64,000 nucleotides of DNA, taken from contig CBDBDQ010000005.1 in the NCBI GenBank assembly GCA_965203905.1, positions 2,624,001 to 2,688,000 on the forward strand, written 5' to 3'. The position numbers were made by a program, and so were the translations under genes. The notes under the pieces are model-generated. The model had not been told where the DNA came from. It made no database searches and saw only the letters and a program-made list of their open reading frames with translations. Position 1 is the stretch's first letter. Each line of letters starts with the position of its first letter. Source of the DNA: Spirochaetia bacterium. GTDB taxonomy: Bacteria; Spirochaetota; Spirochaetia; SZUA-6; Bin103. Shown here piece by piece: positions 58,291 through 64,000 of this stretch.

Positions 58291-59409
58291 TTACATGCCG
58301 TCCTGGGCAGGTTCGTCGACGGACGTCTCGGTGAACAGGAAGTCGTCCCCGTCCAGGTGGCGGAGGAAGGTGTTCTGAAGCGTGATCTTGCCGCCGCCGA
58401 AGTTGCTGAGGTCGATCACGACGCTCCTTCCGCTCTGCGTGAGATCCAGGTCGTCGAAGCTCGTGATGCCGGTGAAGGCACGCAGGTCGATCACGTCTCC
58501 GCCGGAACTGAAATTGCCCCGTATCATGTCGTTTCCGTCCCCGGGGCCATAGACGAACGTGTCGGCGCCCGCGCCGCCGTACAGTTCGTCGTCGTTCGCT
58601 CCGCCGGAGAGGATGTCGTCGCCTGCGCCGCCGTAGATCTGGTCGGCGCCCGCGCCGCCGTAGATCTGGTCGTTGCCGCCGTCGCCGGCGAGATAGTCTT
58701 TGTCGCCGCCGCCGTAAATCGTGTCGTCGTTCGCTCCGCCGAGCACGCGGTCTTCGCCTGCTCCGCCGTAAACCGTATCGCTGCCCTGGTTGCCGTAGAT
58801 GTTGTCGTTGCCTGCTCCTCCGTAGAGCTGGTCGTCGCCCGCCCCCCCACTCAGAGCGTCGTCTCCGACACCGCCGTGGAGCGTGTTGTCGCCCGCGTCG
58901 CCGATGAGAGTCACCCCTTTGAACAGGAAGTCATCCGCGCTGAGGTTGGCGAGGGTGAAATTCTGCAGCGTGATCGTACCTCCGCCGTGGGATGAGAGGT
59001 CGATGACAACATTCGCCCCGTCCTGCCGAAGCGTGAGGTCCGCGAAACTGCCGATGCCGGTGAAACCCCGTAGATCGATCACGTCCGCCCCGGTTCCGAA
59101 GTCCTTGATCGTGTCGTGTCCGTCGCCGGGGCCATAGACGAACGTATCGGCGCCCGCACCGCCGTGGAGCGTGTCCATGCCCTCGCCGCCGGTGAGCTTG
59201 TCATCGCCGCTGCCGCCGTAGAGATAGTCATTCCCTACACCGCCGTAGAGCGCGTCGTCGTCCTCTTCGCCCCAGAGCGCGTCGGCGCCGGCGCCGCCGT
59301 AGAGCGTGTCGTCGCCCTCCTCGCCCCAGAGCGTGTCATTGATGGCGCCACCGTAGAGTTGGTCGTCGTTTTCATTGTTGGTGCTATCGGTGTTGGACTG
59401 ATCTGCCAT
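58291..59409 (-). CDS. RTX/hemolysin-type calcium-binding repeat protein
   Basis: Many GGxGxDxLx nonapeptides in two duplicated modules, each ending DVIDLR.FTGI.SF.DL. Confidence 0.92.
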   Translation of the reverse strand: MADQSNTDSTNNENDDQLYGGAINDTLWGEEGDDTLYGGAGADALWGEEDDDALYGGVGNDYLYGGSGDDKLTGGEGMDTLHGGAGADTFVYGPGDGHDTIKDFGTGADVIDLRGFTGIGSFADLTLRQDGANVVIDLSSHGGGTITLQNFTLANLSADDFLFKGVTLIGDAGDNTLHGGVGDDALSGGAGDDQLYGGAGNDNIYGNQGSDTVYGGAGEDRVLGGANDDTIYGGGDKDYLAGDGGNDQIYGGAGADQIYGGAGDDILSGGANDDELYGGAGADTFVYGPGDGNDMIRGNFSSGGDVIDLRAFTGITSFDDLDLTQSGRSVVIDLSNFGGGKITLQNTFLRHLDGDDFLFTETSVDEPAQDGM

Positions 59410-59747
59410 AGTAGAACTCCCGCTTTCGCGCGGCCGGCGTTGCCGCCCGAGTTGCCCCCGAAAGTAGCCTCCACCCGAATCGAATGACAAGGCGGTCGGC
59501 AAAGCGTTCAAGCGTCAGACGGCTGCGATGGCGAATTCGAACGACTCAGGCTCCGGCCGGGTTCCTGCTGGCGTGGGGCCTGGACGATTTCGCGTCTGCC
59601 AGCCGCTCGCGGAAGGGTGCCCGTAACGGCCCAGGACCAGGTTGCAGACGCACGTCGTCCGTTCTTGGCTGGAGGCGAGGCATGCAGAGTCGGCGCCGTG
59701 CACCCGTCCAATGCCGGCCGGTTGGGGCGGCAGGGGGCGGCGTACCC

Positions 59748-60473
59748 TCAGGCCGGGTAGACGTCCATCTGGGAGAGGTCGATGGGAGCGCCCAGCAGCA
59801 GGGTGACGAAGCCGCCGTCCGGGACCGGTTCGCCGTCGGCGTCCAGACCGCCCTCTTCCAGCACCAGCAGCAGCGGATTGCTGGCCGGCTCCTCGGTGCG
59901 GTACTCCATCACCAGTGCCGGTACCTGGCGGCCGGCCCGCTCGTCGCGGTAGTCGCCGTACAGGGGACCGTGGGTGACGGCGCTGAAGTGCAACTGCTTT
60001 TCCTCGTCGCCGTCGCGGATCGGGGGGACGTCGGGCTGGGGGGCGAACTCCAGTTCATAGGGGATGAAGGAGTCGGGGTTGGGCGGTTCCAGGAACAGCC
60101 AGGCGAAGCCCTGGTCGATCAGCGCGGCGCGGGTGCCGGGCTGGAAGCCGTCGGGCCGGTAGTACACGCGCCACTCCAGGTGGGGACCGGTGACCACGGC
60201 GGCCAGCACGTGGCTGGTCTCGGCGTCGGCGATGTCGAACAGCAGGTACTCGGCCACCACGCCGTCGCCGGCGCCGCGGAAGGTGTAGTGGCGCCTGGAG
60301 CTGACCTCGTAGTTCAGGCCGCCGCTGGCGGTGCCGCTGGCGTGGGCCTCTTCCAGGGCCTGGAAGTCACGCAGCTCCACCGAGCTGCCCACCGGAAGCC
60401 GGCGCCAGAACTCCGGCTCCTCGGGCGTGTGCAGCGGTGCGGGCTCCTCCTTCTTGCGGCGCTTCCAGAACAC
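59748..60473 (-). CDS. Hypothetical protein in the DUF350 operon
   Basis: 241-aa ORF, co-oriented and 14 nt from the upstream gene. Confidence 0.75.
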   Translation of the reverse strand: MFWKRRKKEEPAPLHTPEEPEFWRRLPVGSSVELRDFQALEEAHASGTASGGLNYEVSSRRHYTFRGAGDGVVAEYLLFDIADAETSHVLAAVVTGPHLEWRVYYRPDGFQPGTRAALIDQGFAWLFLEPPNPDSFIPYELEFAPQPDVPPIRDGDEEKQLHFSAVTHGPLYGDYRDERAGRQVPALVMEYRTEEPASNPLLLVLEEGGLDADGEPVPDGGFVTLLLGAPIDLSQMDVYPA

Positions 60474-60487
60474 GGCTCCGCTGCCGG

Positions 60488-61228
60488 CTAGTAGCGCCGC
60501 GACCCGGCGCGCATCACGAAGAACACCGCCAGGATGATCGCGATCACCATCAGCCCGGTCCAGAAACCGGAGGGCCGGCCGCCGTAGTAGGCGCCGGGGG
60601 CCGGCCCGTAGTAGTAGCCGCGGTTGGACATCAGCAGGCCCAGCATGGCGGCGTCGGCCATCGCGCTGTAGAGCACCCAGGTGCCGAGGGTGGGATGCAG
60701 GTAGCCGTAGCCGCCGAGGCCGGCGTTGTAGGTCACGTTGACGTTGCGGCCGTCGACGCGGGTAGTCTGCGGGATGTGCCCCGGCCGGGTGCCGGGCTGG
60801 CTGGCATAGCGCGACGGATACTGGCTGGCGTTGCGGCCGACGAACGCCTGCTCGGCCTGCTGCCGGGTCTGGAAGGTGGTGCCGTTGGCGCGCGCCCGCT
60901 GGTATTGGGAGTTGCTGACGCCGCGCGTGTTGCTGCGGGCGGTGGCGCGTGAGCCTGACAGCGACTGGCGCGTGTTGCTGCGGGTGGACCCCCAGGCGCG
61001 GGTCGAGCTGCGGGAGGAGAAGCCGCGTGACGAGGAGAAGCCGCGGCTGCTGAAGGAGCGGCCGCCGCCGAAACCGCCGCGCCGCGCAAAGGCGTCATCG
61101 GCAATCAGCAGCAGGCACAGGGTCGCGGCCATGACCAGCAGGATGCGGCGCCGGATGCGGAACGCTCGCGGCGGTTTCCCGCGGCCGGCACCGCTGAGCG
61201 ACCGCCGAGCCGGCGTAGTCGCGGTCAC
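60488..61228 (-). CDS. Exported Gly/Ser/Arg-rich protein with C-terminal TM helix
   Basis: Signal ...DAFARRGG, low-complexity region and terminal TM segment. Confidence 0.75.
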   Translation of the reverse strand: MTATTPARRSLSGAGRGKPPRAFRIRRRILLVMAATLCLLLIADDAFARRGGFGGGRSFSSRGFSSSRGFSSRSSTRAWGSTRSNTRQSLSGSRATARSNTRGVSNSQYQRARANGTTFQTRQQAEQAFVGRNASQYPSRYASQPGTRPGHIPQTTRVDGRNVNVTYNAGLGGYGYLHPTLGTWVLYSAMADAAMLGLLMSNRGYYYGPAPGAYYGGRPSGFWTGLMVIAIILAVFFVMRAGSRRY

Positions 61229-62142
61229 TGGACCGCTCCCGTGACCACCGCTCCTACGGTGGCGGCGGCCCCCGGGTTCACCGCGGCGCCGAACAGGATG
61301 GCGATCACCAGGAAGGCGCCGGCGGCCACCGCGGCGGCGGCGGTGTTCTTGTGTTCGGCGACCTCCTGCGACAGGACCCCGTGGGGCAGGAACACCTTGT
61401 CGGCGATCACCCGGCCGACAAGCAGCAGGATCAAGCCGCTGCCGGCGATGATGGCGGTGATGATCAACTCGCGCCCCAGGTCGCTGCCGGCACCGGTGAG
61501 GGCGGTGCGGGTGATCAGCCCCTGGGCCACCAGGAAGGCGCCGAAGCTGATGCCCACCGCCGGGTTGGCATCGTCCTCGATGCTCTTGTGCACGTCGTAG
61601 CGGGTGATGGCCTGGAACACCAGCCCGTCAATGATCAGGATCACCTGGCCGGCGGCCCAGTAGATCACCACGTCGCGCAGCAGGAACAGCAGGCCGCTGC
61701 TGCTGCCGGACATGACGCCGGACAGCATCAGGCCGGTGGCGATGCTCATGCCGCCCACCACGTAGCCGGTACCGACGTTCTTCTCCTCCGCGACCTCCTT
61801 GCCCACCTTGAAGGTGAACAGCACGAAGTGGTCGTTGATGATCATGCTGAGCCGCAACAGGATGATCGACAGGGCGCCGGTGATCACGATGCCCGCCAGC
61901 TCGCCGAGCAGGTCGCTGGTGGTCCCCAGCAGGGTGGCGGAGACGGCGAACGCGAGGCCCACCAGGTAGCCGCCGAAGCTGACGCCCACGGCGCTGTTGC
62001 GCTCGGCCGTGAGATGGCGGTCGATGTCGTACCTGGTGGTGAGGTTGTAGAACAGCTTGCCGAGGAACACCAGCACGATGCCGGCGGCGAAGTAGGGCAG
62101 CTTCTCGACGACGAACTCGAGCGTAGTGGTCAGGGCGTCCAT
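61225..62142 (-). CDS. DUF350 membrane protein (tandem domains)
   Basis: Repeated N(S/V/P/T)A(V/A)G motifs after E-x-N segments. About 8 TM helices. Confidence 0.8.
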   Translation of the reverse strand: MDALTTTLEFVVEKLPYFAAGIVLVFLGKLFYNLTTRYDIDRHLTAERNSAVGVSFGGYLVGLAFAVSATLLGTTSDLLGELAGIVITGALSIILLRLSMIINDHFVLFTFKVGKEVAEEKNVGTGYVVGGMSIATGLMLSGVMSGSSSGLLFLLRDVVIYWAAGQVILIIDGLVFQAITRYDVHKSIEDDANPAVGISFGAFLVAQGLITRTALTGAGSDLGRELIITAIIAGSGLILLLVGRVIADKVFLPHGVLSQEVAEHKNTAAAAVAAGAFLVIAILFGAAVNPGAAATVGAVVTGAVQ

Positions 62143-62277
62143 CGGTGCTCCTTACCCGGGCGGCGTCGCGGCACCGCACGCGGCCGTGGTTCAGCTATCA
62201 ATATATGGATCGGCCCCGGCGAATCCAAACTTGGGGCCTTATGTACGGCCGGGCGGGTGGCGGTACAGTATGCAGCC

Positions 62278-63168
62278 ATGTCCGGTTACCAAGCCCTGCG
62301 CCGGCGTACCTACGAAGTGCTGGAGAAGGCCGGCGACGACGATCGGCTGTCCGCCGTGGTCGACATCGTCCTGATCGTAGTGATCGTGGCCAACATGGCG
62401 GCGGTGGTGCTGGAGTCGTTCGACGGGCTCTACGACCGCTTCAAGGCCTGGTTCTACCTGCTGGAGGTGGTGTCGGTGGCCCTGTTCACCGTCGAGCTGC
62501 TGCTGCGCCTGTGGACCTGCGACTTCCTGCGCCCGCAGAGCTCCCGCGTGGGGGCGGTGGGGCGGTTCCTGGTGTCCCCCATCGGCATCATCGACCTGCT
62601 GGCGATTCTCCCGTTCTACCTGCCGTTCCTGATTCCAGTGGATCTGCGGGTGGTGCGGGTCCTGCGTCTGGTGCGCTTCCTGCGGCTGCTCAAGCTGACC
62701 CGCTACACCCGCTCGGTGATGACCATGGGGACGGTGGTGCGCGAGCGCCGCCACGAGCTGCTGGTGGCGGTGTTCCTCACCGCACTGCTGCTGATGGTGG
62801 CATCGACCCTGATGTACTACCTGGAGTCGCAGGTGCAGCCGGAGGCGTTTCCCAACATCCTCGCCTCGATGTGGTGGGCGGTGGCCACGCTCACCACCAT
62901 CGGTTACGGCGACGTGTTCCCGGTGACCGACTGGGGCCGGCTGCTGAGCGGCATCATCGCCATCCTGGGGATCGGCCTGGTGGCGCTTCCCACCGCCATC
63001 ATCAGCTCCGGCTTCGTGGAAGCGTTGGCCCGCACCAAGGGCGAGGGAGGGGGCCCGGACACCGCGGGCGAACGCGGGGCGCCGGATCCGGCACCGCAGC
63101 ACACGGGGGGCGGGGCGGTGTGCCCGCACTGCGGGAAGCCGCTGGACGAGGCGCCGGCGAAGGGCTGA
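62278..63168 (+). CDS. Voltage-gated potassium channel-like ion transporter
   Basis: IDLLAILP, S4-like RVVRVLRLVRFLRLLK, TTIGYGD filter and CPHCG. Confidence 0.93.
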   Translation: MSGYQALRRRTYEVLEKAGDDDRLSAVVDIVLIVVIVANMAAVVLESFDGLYDRFKAWFYLLEVVSVALFTVELLLRLWTCDFLRPQSSRVGAVGRFLVSPIGIIDLLAILPFYLPFLIPVDLRVVRVLRLVRFLRLLKLTRYTRSVMTMGTVVRERRHELLVAVFLTALLLMVASTLMYYLESQVQPEAFPNILASMWWAVATLTTIGYGDVFPVTDWGRLLSGIIAILGIGLVALPTAIISSGFVEALARTKGEGGGPDTAGERGAPDPAPQHTGGGAVCPHCGKPLDEAPAKG

Positions 63169-63210
63169 CCGGGTGCTGCGGACCTGCGCGCGGGCTCCCG
63201 CTCTCCCGGC

Positions 63211-64000
63211 TCAGCGGATCTTGATCAGGGCGACGATGAACACCATGGTGATCATCACCTGCAGCAGGATGAAGCGCACCAGCACCTGGGTGTTGGACCA
63301 GCCGGCTCGGTGGCGCAGGTGGTCGTGCAGCGGGAAGCGCACGTTGTGCAGGATGCTGATGTTGAAGAAGCGCAGCAGGGCGACCTTGAGCAGCCCGGTG
63401 CCGCCGTTCACCAGCAGCACGCCGGACACGATCAGCAGCATGAAGGGGTTGCCGCTCTTGATCACCAGGATGCCGAGCAGGAGCCCGACCGCGCGCGAGC
63501 CGGCGTCCCCCATCAGCATCTCGCTGGGGTGGGCGTTGTACCACAGGTAGCCGGTCAGGCAACCGATCATGGCGAAGGCGCTGATCGCCCAGGTGGCGCC
63601 GTCGGGGTAGTGGGGGAGCAGCAGGTAGGCGGAGATCTCGTCGTGCCCGAGCACGAAGTAGAGCAGGCCGCCGAGGGTGGTGAGGGCCACCACCGCCAGG
63701 CTGCCGGAGAGCCCGTCCACGCCGTCGGTGCAGTTGGTGGCGTTGATCGCCATCCAGATCAGCGCGGTCGCCCCCGCCACGCACACCCAGCGCGGCAGCA
63801 GCAGCGGGTCCTTCACGAACGGCAGCCAGATCTCGGTGCCGGCGCCGCACAGCGCCAGCGCGCTCAGCAGCGCCAGGCCGAAGTCGATGGCCGCCAGCCA
63901 GTACTCGGACAGCTCGGTGCGGTCGTCGAGGAAGCCCCCCACCATGGCCAGGAGCACCACGCCGAGGGCGCCGAGATGGCCCACGTCCCAGGGCACCATG
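63211..64000 (-). CDS. mraY: MraY-like glycosyltransferase family 4 (5' end outside the window)
   Basis: GFLDD, NCTDGVDGL, YNAHPS..LMGDAGS and PLHDH motifs. Confidence 0.8.
   Translation of the reverse strand, partial: MVPWDVGHLGALGVVLLAMVGGFLDDRTELSEYWLAAIDFGLALLSALALCGAGTEIWLPFVKDPLLLPRWVCVAGATALIWMAINATNCTDGVDGLSGSLAVVALTTLGGLLYFVLGHDEISAYLLLPHYPDGATWAISAFAMIGCLTGYLWYNAHPSEMLMGDAGSRAVGLLLGILVIKSGNPFMLLIVSGVLLVNGGTGLLKVALLRFFNISILHNVRFPLHDHLRHRAGWSNTQVLVRFILLQVMITMVFIVALIKIR

Noticed and set aside
59508-59711. Short ORFs upstream of the RTX gene (similar cases at 16094-16309, 17286-17567 and 34870-35121)
   Set aside because: No recognisable motifs or RBS. Probably degraded fragments.

Overview
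High-GC bacterial chromosome segment. The solute-binding protein signal style and the many PhyH, toxin-antitoxin (TA), HNH, pentapeptide, RTX and collagen genes suggest a host-associated, possibly sponge-symbiont, Spirochaetota genome (inference). Intact housekeeping genes include mnmG, mnmE, queG, add, an FNR-type reductase, crcB, two ABC systems and an mraY-like gene. They are interleaved with accessory DNA: about 8 TA modules, several with the toxin deleted, two DUF222/HNH-type genes, one IS110, a tyrosine-integrase remnant and several frameshifted genes. Main hidden features: (1) an unannotated leader peptide with terminator/antiterminator controlling an ABC-2 exporter operon; (2) an IS110 whose 5' non-coding end has segments matching its own donor junction and target site, as expected for a bridge RNA, inserted into a structured leader of a NYN nuclease gene; (3) repeated gene-end replacement insertions, including three mnmG 3' ends; (4) in-frame palindromes and a shared upstream motif in both HNH genes. 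No tRNA, rRNA or CRISPR array was recognised.
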